A stretch of DNA of 32,000 nt from Candidatus Hadarchaeota archaeon (GCA_964514965.1 CAZETV010000001.1:1-32000); one strand, 5' to 3'. Counted from the stretch's first letter, positions 15,537 through 27,868 are shown. The notes: generated from the letters alone by a model not told the origin. Numbers and translations are program-made.

Positions 15537-16793
15537 TTGCATAAAATCAATGAAGAAGGCGTGACAAAGATGGTGGAATCTGGAACGGAAACCTCGGGTG
15601 AGGGGCATGGCATCAAAACCCTCAAATCGCTTCAGTTCGTTCAGTTGGCGGGGTGGGGGACATTTTCTGTTTTCTTCCCGCTTTACCTTAGGGCGTGTGG
15701 CGTTTCCTACACAGAGATAGGGGTCATAGTGGGGGTTCCTGTGTTCATTGGGATTTTTACGAGCGTCATGTGGAGCCTTTTCTCGGATATCATCGGGAGG
15801 AGAAAACCATTTCTGGTCCTAGCCTCTTTTGTCATGGTATTGTTCACATTTGCGGTCACCCTAGTATCCTCGTTTGAATGGTTTTTTCTGCTAGGGGTGA
15901 TAAGGGCTCTTGCGTCCCCTTTATTCCAAGGGCTGATGATAACGAGCTGGTTTAGAACCTCTACTCATCCAGGCAGAGCCACCTCATTTTCAAGTTTTGC
16001 GGTTTGGGGTGCTATTGGTTGGGCGATTGCGACGGCGCTAGCAGGGATGGTGGCCTTTTTCTTTGGGCTAAAATCAGCCATGTACTTTGCAGGAATTCTG
16101 TACATATTCGCAACAGTTTTTTCTCTTAGAATACCAGAACTTGTGGATTCTCGGAGAAATTCCCCAAGGAGAAATCAACACCGCGTGACGCTTGCAGGCA
16201 AAATCTTGAGTTATTTTGCCCCATTATACGAAGCTATGAAAAATAAGAAAATGATGGTTCTCCTTTTGACTTCTTTCCCGCTAGCGTTGGCGCTGAACGC
16301 GTTTCGGCAGTTCTTTTCCGTGTACTTAAATTTTCTTGGAGGTTCATTCATACTCATAGGTTTCGTCTTCGCGTTTCCAGCCCTCGTGGAGATTCCTGTT
16401 TTTCTCCGCGTGGGTAAACTTTCAGACAAGCTTGGTGCGAGAAAGCCATTGTTGATTTTTTCCAGCGCGATATACAGTTTGCTTTTCTTCATTGTTTTTT
16501 TAATCTCGAGCCCTCTTCTGATTCTCGTTGTCTATTCATTGATTGAGCCACTCGCTTGGCCTCCCTTTTTCACGGGAACTTCCACATTGATTTCGGAGGT
16601 CGTGCCGCGTGAGAGTTGGGTCACAGGGCAAACAGTGTTCTCTATTTGGATGTGGTCCATTGCTGGACTTATTGGTCCGCTCGCGGGTGGAATTATTTCG
16701 GATATATGGGGCCTGCCTGTAGTACTTGTTATCACATCACTTCTGGGAGCAATTTCAGGCCTATTCTACTTTTTATGGATCAAAGAAAAGTAG
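15537..16793 (+). CDS. MFS-type transporter (about 12 TM segments)
   Basis: Repeated hydrophobic segments. SDIIGRRKP loop between TM2 and TM3 (MFS motif A-like), and LSDKLGARKP in the second half. The start is TTG 15537 or ATG 15570. Confidence 0.8.
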   Translation: MHKINEEGVTKMVESGTETSGEGHGIKTLKSLQFVQLAGWGTFSVFFPLYLRACGVSYTEIGVIVGVPVFIGIFTSVMWSLFSDIIGRRKPFLVLASFVMVLFTFAVTLVSSFEWFFLLGVIRALASPLFQGLMITSWFRTSTHPGRATSFSSFAVWGAIGWAIATALAGMVAFFFGLKSAMYFAGILYIFATVFSLRIPELVDSRRNSPRRNQHRVTLAGKILSYFAPLYEAMKNKKMMVLLLTSFPLALALNAFRQFFSVYLNFLGGSFILIGFVFAFPALVEIPVFLRVGKLSDKLGARKPLLIFSSAIYSLLFFIVFLISSPLLILVVYSLIEPLAWPPFFTGTSTLISEVVPRESWVTGQTVFSIWMWSIAGLIGPLAGGIISDIWGLPVVLVITSLLGAISGLFYFLWIKEK

Positions 16794-16837
16794 GTCAGGA
16801 ATTCGTAGAAGGTTATCAGTTTTTTGCTGGTAGCTTG

Positions 16838-18115
16838 CTAAACCGTGTAACTGATATCTGCCCCTAATCCTTGAAAAGTTGAGATGAAGCGAGAGCACGA
16901 GTTCCTGAGTGCTGTGTCCCCATTTTTTATCTTTATTTCACTTTCGGCGAGAAGTCCCGCCACGACCAAAGCTGCAACGATTGCGTAATCCTCGTGTCCA
17001 TCAACCTCGCACCCTTTGAGCTTGGTTGTCCCTTGGATAAGTAAGCCGTCGTGACGTTCGAGTACCTTTGCTCCCATCCGGCGAAGCTCTCGAGATATGG
17101 CTGAAACGCGATCTGATTTCATAGTTCTTGCCTCACCAGCATTCCACAGCAGCGTTTTACCCTTGGCTTTACATGCGAGCACGGCAATTATCGGCAGAAG
17201 TTCCGGCACATCGACAAGATTTAATTTGGCGGCACGGGGTTTTTGTGTGCCTTCTACGACGAAACTTTTTTTGGATTTTTTCATTCTTAAGCCCGCTGTT
17301 TTCAAGACCTCTAAAAATGCAATGTCTCGGCCAACCACGCTTTTTACGCCGCAAAGTTTGATTTTAGAATCGGTCATTGCAGTAGCAACAATGAAAGCTG
17401 CTGCCGCTGCTAGTTCTTGTGGTACTCTAAAGTTGAACGCATGATAAGGTCTATTTGGTATTATCATCTTCTTTCCCCTTGTGCTAACTTCAACATCAGC
17501 TTTTTTCATCAGTTCGAGGATGGAATCAAGCTGGGAATTTTGGGGGCTTTGTTTGAAGGAAAGTTCTGCCCGTTTTTCTGCATATGGGCAGGGCAGAAGA
17601 AGGGCAGGCAGATATCGCGCATTTACCGCGCCGAGTTGCACCGCTCCGCCTTTGAGTTTCCCGCCGAAAATGACGAATGGGGGGCTGTTGTCTTGTTTCG
17701 TTGAATGGACATCTGCGCCTAGGCGGTGAAGTGACCTTAGCAGCACTGGCATCGAGCGCGACCGTAGTTGAGTGTCACCATTAAGCACTGTTATCATGGG
17801 GGCTAGTGCTGCAATCGATGTAAGCAGATTTAGCGCGGTTCCCGAGTTCTTCGCGTCGATGACATTTTGGGCGGGTTTCAAACTACCGTCGACTCCCCAG
17901 ATGGACCAATGGTCTTGTGTTCGCTTTATCGTGGCACCCATTGCTTCAATGGCTTGCAGTATCACGTATGAATCCTTCACGCGGAGCGGATGCTCGATCA
18001 CGCTCTTACCTCCAGCGAACAAAGCCAATGCGCTGGCGAATTGAGTGTGCAGTTTAGATGGCTGTGGCTCGATTTCACCAGAGAGCCTTGCTACTGGTCG
18101 GACGATTATGTCCAC
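16838..18115 (-). CDS. EPSP-synthase (enolpyruvyl-transferase) fold protein with an atypical active site; AroA function doubtful
   Basis: End-to-end EPSPS scaffold (PSK.., KNSGTA, LRSRSM, KSDRV..ELRRMGAKV, GLGA). Several invariant residues appear replaced when aligned by eye (see finding). The start overlaps the thiI-like stop by 10 nt. Confidence 0.75.
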   Translation of the reverse strand: MDIIVRPVARLSGEIEPQPSKLHTQFASALALFAGGKSVIEHPLRVKDSYVILQAIEAMGATIKRTQDHWSIWGVDGSLKPAQNVIDAKNSGTALNLLTSIAALAPMITVLNGDTQLRSRSMPVLLRSLHRLGADVHSTKQDNSPPFVIFGGKLKGGAVQLGAVNARYLPALLLPCPYAEKRAELSFKQSPQNSQLDSILELMKKADVEVSTRGKKMIIPNRPYHAFNFRVPQELAAAAAFIVATAMTDSKIKLCGVKSVVGRDIAFLEVLKTAGLRMKKSKKSFVVEGTQKPRAAKLNLVDVPELLPIIAVLACKAKGKTLLWNAGEARTMKSDRVSAISRELRRMGAKVLERHDGLLIQGTTKLKGCEVDGHEDYAIVAALVVAGLLAESEIKIKNGDTALRNSCSRFISTFQGLGADISYTV

Positions 18116-19263
18116 GCGCTTCGCCTCAGCTTGATGATTTTAACCTTCGGGACAACTGACTCTATGAGGGCGTTGATGTTTAGGTCTTCTTCGATTTGAC
18201 ACACTTCCTCGATTTTTGTGGTGGTGGGTCGGGATGATGAAGGATGTATATTTGCCGCGTGCTTGGATGGATCAAAAATTTCATTCTGACGAGCGATTTT
18301 TTTGACGTCGTTTTTGAGCATTCCCGCAAGGGGTCTGAAGATTGGTAACTCACAAGCATCGTCTATTAAGCTGAGGTTTTTCACCCCTTCTTTGGCAATT
18401 TGTTGTAAATCTTCATCTGTCACGATTGCCGTTCCGCCCACTTGTCCGGCGATAATCCCGGCTGCCCGAACCATTGCTCGCTTGCAAAGTAAGTTTGATA
18501 AGTTCTTTGCTGTTCCTTCGGTTATTGTACGGAGAATTTTATCATAAGGGAAGATTCGCAGCTTGAGATTAGGGTGAAAATCCGCAAGCCTTCTCGCCGC
18601 ACTGACTGTAAGTTTTAGTGCTTGACCGTCGGCATGAGGTTGAGGATCAAAAAATATAGGATAGAGTATGCAGCCACGCTTCATCGTGGAGTAGGAGGAG
18701 ACTGCGCTGTTCAGGCTTCCAGAGAAAAGTGCGACCACGCGGCCTTGGGTGCCCACAGGTAGTCCGCCAACTCCATTCACGATTTTTGTGAAAACGTAGG
18801 CATCAGTTCCGCGAATCTCGACAGATATCCTGTGTTTGGGATTCGAGAGGCTCACACGGACGCCCTTCACTTCGGCTAGGACGGCAGAACCAGCATTCAC
18901 ATTTATATCTCTACTGTAGAACGGATGTTTCCCAACCCTTGAGGTCCGAATGGCAAAGGTCATCCCCGGAGAGAGTATCTTCTTTGCTTCCCTCACCACA
19001 ACTGAGATAATCGAATCGATTGTCGCGTTTGTCCTAAACGATGGACTAACGGAAGTTATGCCCGGAATCTTGGCTAGTCGCTTTGTCGCGACGTTTGGTC
19101 TACTGGTGTCGATAAATATTCTACCTCGTTCTCTCTGGAGTTCGTAATCTAAACCTTCAAGGGACAATTTGATATTCTCGATTAACTGCCGTTCGAACCG
19201 TCTGCGTACGGGTTCGCTCTTTAGCGCTATTTCGCCATAGCGTACGATGATAGTTCTCGTCAT
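18106..19263 (-). CDS. ThiI-like THUMP-domain protein with a degenerate PP-loop
   Basis: N-terminal IIVRYGEIALKS..VRRRFE (ThiI ferredoxin-like and THUMP region). GGLPVGTQGRVVALFSGSLNSAVS where canonical ThiI has LLSGGIDSPVA. IVTDEDLQQIAKEG where ThiI has IVTGESLGQVASQT. Confidence 0.75.
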   Translation of the reverse strand: MTRTIIVRYGEIALKSEPVRRRFERQLIENIKLSLEGLDYELQRERGRIFIDTSRPNVATKRLAKIPGITSVSPSFRTNATIDSIISVVVREAKKILSPGMTFAIRTSRVGKHPFYSRDINVNAGSAVLAEVKGVRVSLSNPKHRISVEIRGTDAYVFTKIVNGVGGLPVGTQGRVVALFSGSLNSAVSSYSTMKRGCILYPIFFDPQPHADGQALKLTVSAARRLADFHPNLKLRIFPYDKILRTITEGTAKNLSNLLCKRAMVRAAGIIAGQVGGTAIVTDEDLQQIAKEGVKNLSLIDDACELPIFRPLAGMLKNDVKKIARQNEIFDPSKHAANIHPSSSRPTTTKIEEVCQIEEDLNINALIESVVPKVKIIKLRRSAWT

Positions 19264-19288
19264 AGTACCGAATAGTCCTATAGGTGAG

Positions 19289-19299
19289 GTAATTAAAAA
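19289..19299 (-). promoter_or_regulatory. putative TATA element (TTTTTTAATTA on the minus strand) for the thiI-like/EPSPS-like pair
   Basis: AT-rich block 26 nt upstream of the ATG at 19263. The spacing fits a leaderless or short-leader transcript. Confidence 0.35.
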
Positions 19300-19301
19300 A
19301 G

Positions 19302-19308
19302 TAAAAAA
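19302..19308 (-). terminator. oligo-T (T7 on the minus strand) downstream of tbp
   Basis: A7 on the plus strand, 22-28 nt past the tbp stop codon. Confidence 0.4.
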
Positions 19309-19329
19309 AGTCGTCAGCTATTCCCGCCG

Positions 19330-19872
19330 TCAGCGCCATTTAAGAAGTTTGGTTATTTTTACAGCTGCCGTTTTAATATCATTCATGCTTTTCGCGCCAG
19401 CGCAGACACCTTTCCCCGACACGAAGAGGAGCACCACTACTTGGGGTTCGTTTAGTCTAAATACAAGCCCAGGGAATACTTCTGGTTCATATTCCGTGTT
19501 TTCGAATGTTCGTGCAATTCGCTCAAGGTCAAACTCTCGCCCAAAATCGAAGGATGCGACGATGTTTTGAACTTTGACTGTTGGTTCTGATTTCACTTTG
19601 ACGCCGGACCTTCGGAGTTTTTGTGTCAGCTTCTTTATCGCAAGTTTCGCATCTTGCATACTTTTGGCACCAACGCAGTTCATCTTGCCGGACGCGAATA
19701 TTAAGAAAGATGCGGGTGGATCCCCTGACTTATAAGCTATCCCTGGAAAAACCTCTGGGTCATAACGTGCTCCTTCAAGAGATTTAGCCAATTTTTCGAG
19801 GTCGAATTCAACGCCACTATAAGTCACCGAAAGTACAATATTTTGAACTTGTGTTTTTACCTTGACCATCAA
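19330..19872 (-). CDS. tbp: TATA-box binding protein (TBP)
   Basis: Two direct repeats with the QNIV..(S/A)..F.L..(L/I)A.....Y(D/E)PE.FPG(I/L).(Y/F)(K/R)...P....L(I/L)F.SGK..C.GAKS pattern. Confidence 0.95.
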   Translation of the reverse strand: MMVKVKTQVQNIVLSVTYSGVEFDLEKLAKSLEGARYDPEVFPGIAYKSGDPPASFLIFASGKMNCVGAKSMQDAKLAIKKLTQKLRRSGVKVKSEPTVKVQNIVASFDFGREFDLERIARTFENTEYEPEVFPGLVFRLNEPQVVVLLFVSGKGVCAGAKSMNDIKTAAVKITKLLKWR

Positions 19873-20028
19873 GTCAGCCTCAAGCTAATTCCGTGCACTC
19901 GCATAAAAAGCTTGAGTCCTAAACTTTTATACTTGAGCCCGTCATCTTGTGATTTCGTCATGTTGGAATCTTGAAAAAAGGGCAACAGAGATAATATTAT
20001 TATTTTGGAGTTAAGTGTACAAAAAAAC

Positions 20029-20556
20029 TCAGCAGCTATATTTTTTAGCTAGTTTCGCGTAATTTTCAGCTTGTATGCGAATGCGCTTGAATTCATCATC
20101 AGTGAGCACGCGGAGCGGTCTAGCAGGAATTCCAACCATGATTGTGCGCGGCGGCACTTTCACATCGTGAATCACGACCGCGCCGAGTCCTACGAGTGAT
20201 CCTTTCCCAACTTTAGCCCCATTGAAGACAATAGATCCAGCACCCACAATACAATTATCCTCGATGGTACACCCATGCAATAGTGCGTTGTGTCCGACGA
20301 GGACATAGCTGCCAATCTTGACGGGTAAATACCTTGCTTTCTTCTCCCCGTAAGTGTCGGCTAGGTGCACCACGGCATTGTCTTGTATGCAAGTATATCG
20401 ACCGATTCTGATGCGGCCAAAATCAGCCCGCACGACAGCTCCCGGCCACACGCTTGAGTGCTCTCCCAAAGTTACATCGCCGATAACCGTGGCGGTAGGG
20501 TGAACAAAAGCAGTTTTGTGGATGCGGGGTCGTTTTCCGCCAAATTCCACTATCAT
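20029..20556 (-). CDS. gamma-carbonic-anhydrase-like / hexapeptide-repeat (LbH) protein, YrdA/PaaY-type
   Basis: Left-handed beta-helix hexapeptide repeats. His ligand pattern VVH ... GHNALLHGC. Confidence 0.85.
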   Translation of the reverse strand: MIVEFGGKRPRIHKTAFVHPTATVIGDVTLGEHSSVWPGAVVRADFGRIRIGRYTCIQDNAVVHLADTYGEKKARYLPVKIGSYVLVGHNALLHGCTIEDNCIVGAGSIVFNGAKVGKGSLVGLGAVVIHDVKVPPRTIMVGIPARPLRVLTDDEFKRIRIQAENYAKLAKKYSC

Positions 20557-20558
20557 AT

Positions 20559-20783
20559 CTATGCGCTCACTTGCTCGGCCTTCTTGCTATAGACGAGCAC
20601 AATGTCGCCAATCGCCATGACGCTGTTGTATGGGATAGAAATCGTTTTTCCTTCCTTGTGTCCGAAGACAAAGCCTACTACTTTGCCCTCTTTATCATCA
20701 ATTATCGCATCTTCAATTGTTCCAATAAAGTGAGCTCGATCGCTGTAAATGTGCGTACCGTAAATTTCGGACAATTTTTTCAT
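20559..20783 (-). CDS. PRC-barrel domain protein
   Basis: 74 aa. L.G..IY...G..IG.I.D.IID...GKVVGFV pattern. GAGGTG 6 nt upstream of the ATG. Two-nt gap to the downstream LbH gene. Confidence 0.7.
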   Translation of the reverse strand: MKKLSEIYGTHIYSDRAHFIGTIEDAIIDDKEGKVVGFVFGHKEGKTISIPYNSVMAIGDIVLVYSKKAEQVSA

Positions 20784-21066
20784 CTGGGCACCTCGCCATT
20801 TAATTTACGCCAGAGGTTTTTAGTCCTTTCGATGGGTTAAAACACGTGTTAATAAATGGAACTTCCATCTCGGTATTGAATCGCCTGAGTAAGTTTTAAG
20901 TAGGGACAGGGCCAAATTTAGTATAATCCACACCGCGGTGTGAACGGCGTCGATCGGAATAAGGGGCTAGTGCGTATAGTCCCGTGATGAGAGATCGTCT
21001 TCTTGGTGTGGATTCAGCAATGTGGATCCGAACAAACCAGGTCACTGGAGAGCTCGGGTCCGAGAT

Positions 21067-21078
21067 AGGTTCGGTACC
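21067..21078 (+). other. 5' half of the 16S rRNA processing stem
   Basis: AGGTTCGGTACC pairs with GGTGCCGAACCT at 22602-22613 (12 bp including one G:U), bracketing the 16S. Confidence 0.6.
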
Positions 21079-21110
21079 TAAGCCAATTTCGAGGTTTTGT
21101 GGCTGATTTA

Positions 21111-22590
<1,480 letters not shown>

Positions 22591-22601
22591 TTGATATTTT
22601 G

Positions 22602-22613
22602 GGTGCCGAACCT
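22602..22613 (+). other. 3' half of the 16S rRNA processing stem
   Basis: Complement of 21067-21078. Confidence 0.6.
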
Positions 22614-22614
22614 C

Positions 22615-22622
22615 TTTTTTTA
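22615..22622 (+). terminator. T8 tract immediately after the 16S processing stem
   Basis: CCTC-TTTTTTTT read directly. Oligo-T is the archaeal intrinsic termination signal. Confidence 0.5.
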
Positions 22623-22664
22623 AAATAAATTAAAACAAAATTTTTGGGCCCGGCCCCATTTGAA

Positions 22665-23848
22665 TTATCTTCGTATTAGAACAATCGCTGCGACGATAGC
22701 AACGATTACCACAACTAAAATGCCCACTATTAACCATGGGAACTCAGAAGGAGCTTCGTACCCATATACAATGTTAGGCTGCGTTTCACCAGCCAAAACC
22801 GTATTGAGCGCTTCAGCCGCGTTACTACCGGACCAAGTGTAAGTGTTGTTGTCCGGTGTAGAGTAACCCTGAGGCAGCCGCTCACAGACGCATTTTCTGG
22901 AACCTTCAAAGTGAAGTTGGTGTTGTATTGTCCGAACGATTCATCAAAGCTTGTCTGGACAATTTCTGGCAACTCAAGGCCCCACTGCACTTGACCATCG
23001 ATCACCGGCAGTTTGAAGTATCCATCGAGCGTCAGCTCCATCGTCGTCGTGGTGTCTTCAGTGGTGAGATTTATCTCAATGGTGGCTTCGACAGATTCGC
23101 TGTTAACATCTATACTCATGTTTGTAAACGATCCGAATATATTGATTGATGCATCTACAGTTATCGGCAATTCATTGAGCAGCGTCTGATATTCGAACAC
23201 GCTTCCGGAAAGAGTAGTGGTCAAACCCACTTCTATTGTGGGTTCGTTCCATGAAAACTTTGTACATCTGAGTTCTTCGATTACTATGTTTTCTTCTGTA
23301 GTCGTTGGTACTATTCCAGAAAGAAGCTCAGAGAGAGATTGTCCTTCAAGCCCATATGATCCGATAAAGCTATTGATCATCTCGGCGTTCACCGTGTTAA
23401 TGTAATCAGTTATCTGAGCTAGTAGGGATCCGGAGAGTGTCGCGCTTGCATCCACATCTAATTTGAGCCGTCCAGAGCTCGGAGACGAGATATTAAGTCC
23501 CAAGCTTCCGCTGGTTATTGGAAGCTCGCCCAATCCCATATTTTCCAATTGCGTCTCAGCGCTGGCCATAACGTGACAGCGTGCATCAGGGAGCAGTTCT
23601 AGGGAGATATCCACATCCATGTTATCGAAGGATGGTAATCCGGGTAACTGTCCATCTGTTTCCTCGGTGGATTGTATTTCTGGTAGCTGTTGTGCTTTAA
23701 CGCTGGCCGTCGATATCATTAGAACTACTATCACACACAACGAAAGGCCAATAAACAACCTTTTGATTTTTTCACCCACTTTTTTTTGTTTGTGTGCCGA
23801 TTTAAATATGTAGTAAATGAGATTTGTAGTAGTTTTTCTCTTCCGCAA
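22665..23848 (-). pseudogene. secreted, C-terminally membrane-anchored Thr/Ser-rich surface protein, interrupted by a -1 frameshift near 22875-22880
   Basis: Signal-peptide-like N-terminus (KIKRLFIGLSLCVIVVLMISTASVKA/QQ). The last ~50 aa of the track ORF look out-of-frame (Arg/Leu-rich). The -1 frame reads LPQGYSTPDNNTYTWSGSNAAEALNTVLAGETQPNIVYGYEAPSEFPWLIVGILVVVIVAIVAAIVLIRR*, ending at 22665-22667. The likely true start is GTG 23777-23779. Confidence 0.6.
23800..23807. promoter_or_regulatory. palindromic TATA-like element ATTTAAAT between the surface-protein gene and tRNA-Ala
   Basis: 21 nt upstream of the GTG at 23779 on the minus strand (leaderless geometry). About 75 nt upstream of the tRNA on the plus strand. 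Confidence 0.35.
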
Positions 23849-23882
23849 ATCTTATTGGACTACCCACCGACTTTAACCGTGA

Positions 23883-23969
23883 GGGCCTGTAGCTCAGTGG
23901 TAGAGCGTCGGCTTTGCATGCATTAACCAAAATAGCCGAAGGTCGCGGGTTCGAGTCCCGTCAGGTCCA
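23883..23969 (+). tRNA. tRNA-Ala (anticodon UGC) with a 15-nt intron at the canonical 37/38 position (intron 23919-23933)
   Basis: Hand-folded cloverleaf. Acceptor GGGCCTG/CAGGTCC with the G3:U70 Ala identity pair. D arm GCTC-AGTGGTA-GAGC. Anticodon stem TCGGC/GCCGA, loop TT-TGC-A. T arm GCGGG-TTCGAGT-CCCGT. Discriminator A. No encoded CCA. The intron is flanked by two 3-nt bulges around a 4-bp helix (TTTG/CAAA). Confidence 0.9.
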
Positions 23970-24035
23970 CTCCAGCTATTTTAAGAAAATCTATGACGGA
24001 AAAATCTTGCAATCTTGCTCTCACCAAAAGTATAA

Positions 24036-24041
24036 TTTTTT
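24036..24041 (+). terminator. T6 tract about 65 nt downstream of tRNA-Ala
   Basis: ATAATTTTTTGC read directly. Confidence 0.35.
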
Positions 24042-24132
24042 GCTGTTGGGCGGTGTTGAAATATTCTGGTAGTAGTTCAAAAATCAGTTTGAGAAAAACG
24101 ATATTAAAATACCAATATAATGTTAAAGTTGG

Positions 24133-24402
24133 GTGAAGGGGATGGCTGGTGCGTTGGCTGCTTTTAAGAAACGGGCTTACTTGCTTGTAGAAGTTGAACC
24201 TGGAAATGAAGCAAGTCTCATACGTCAACTTGAGAAAATGGAAAACATAACCAATGTTGATTTCGTGCACGGGGAATACGATGTTGTTTGTGTCTTAGAG
24301 GGAAAATATCAGGACATAGATAAAACGATAGTTGAGGTCAGAAAACTTCCGCATATTCGTAAAACAACGACCTTAACAGCATTTGACACTCATCTAGAGT
24401 GA
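24133..24402 (+). CDS. stand-alone Lrp/AsnC-type ligand-binding (RAM) domain protein
   Basis: About 86 aa. AYLLVEVEPG......L......I..V..V.GEYD.V..LE......D....E.....P.I..T.T pattern, with no HTH. The probable start is ATG 24142. AT-rich ATATTAAAATA lies about 35 nt upstream. Confidence 0.7.
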   Translation: MKGMAGALAAFKKRAYLLVEVEPGNEASLIRQLEKMENITNVDFVHGEYDVVCVLEGKYQDIDKTIVEVRKLPHIRKTTTLTAFDTHLE

Positions 24403-24774
24403 TTCCTTAATGTGCTTAACATCGACAGACTAACGGCAATCGCGTGGTCAATAATAGCTCTACCAAGCTGCAACGGCAGACAACAACTATGCGAAAACTG
24501 GGACGATATCCTGCAACAATCGGTTGGGTAACTGTTCACGGTTAAATTATTGATTTTTGGAATGGGTTGTAACGTCGGGCAACTCCATTTTCGTTTATTT
24601 ACATGGCTCGAAAGCAATTTCTTGGTCACAGAAGCATTAGTAAGTTCAAATTCAAAAATTACAAAGGGTTTTTAACCAGGCTGCTAAAGTATAGTATGCT
24701 GAGATGCGGCTGGCGAAGACGTCTCGTCAGTTAAGGGCGAAAGCTGACATATGTTTTCTTGTCAGTGATGATTG

Positions 24775-24809
24775 CCATGCATAGGTCGCGCCCATAGTGC
24801 TAGCTGGGT
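24775..24809 (+). other. 5' half of the 23S rRNA processing stem
   Basis: CCATGCATAGGTC/GCGCCCA/..CTAGCTGGGT pairs with 27869-27902. The blocks are 13 + 7 + 10 bp, with one bulge and one internal loop. Confidence 0.7.
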
Positions 24810-24811
24810 GC

Positions 24812-27866
<3,055 letters not shown>

Positions 27867-27868
27867 GT

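Noticed and set aside
20984-20990. GTGATGA (C-box-like) upstream of the 16S, and again at 24765-24771 upstream of the 23S, suggesting C/D-box sRNAs or a shared leader motif
   Set aside because: No D or D' (CTGA) boxes at appropriate spacing and no terminal stem. A 7-mer recurring twice in 32 kb is expected by chance.
23923-24270. 115-aa minus-strand ORF overlapping tRNA-Ala and the RAM-domain gene
   Set aside because: It overlaps a well-folded tRNA and an AT-rich spacer. Its composition is low-complexity (Phe/Leu/Ile/Asn-rich), with no motif.
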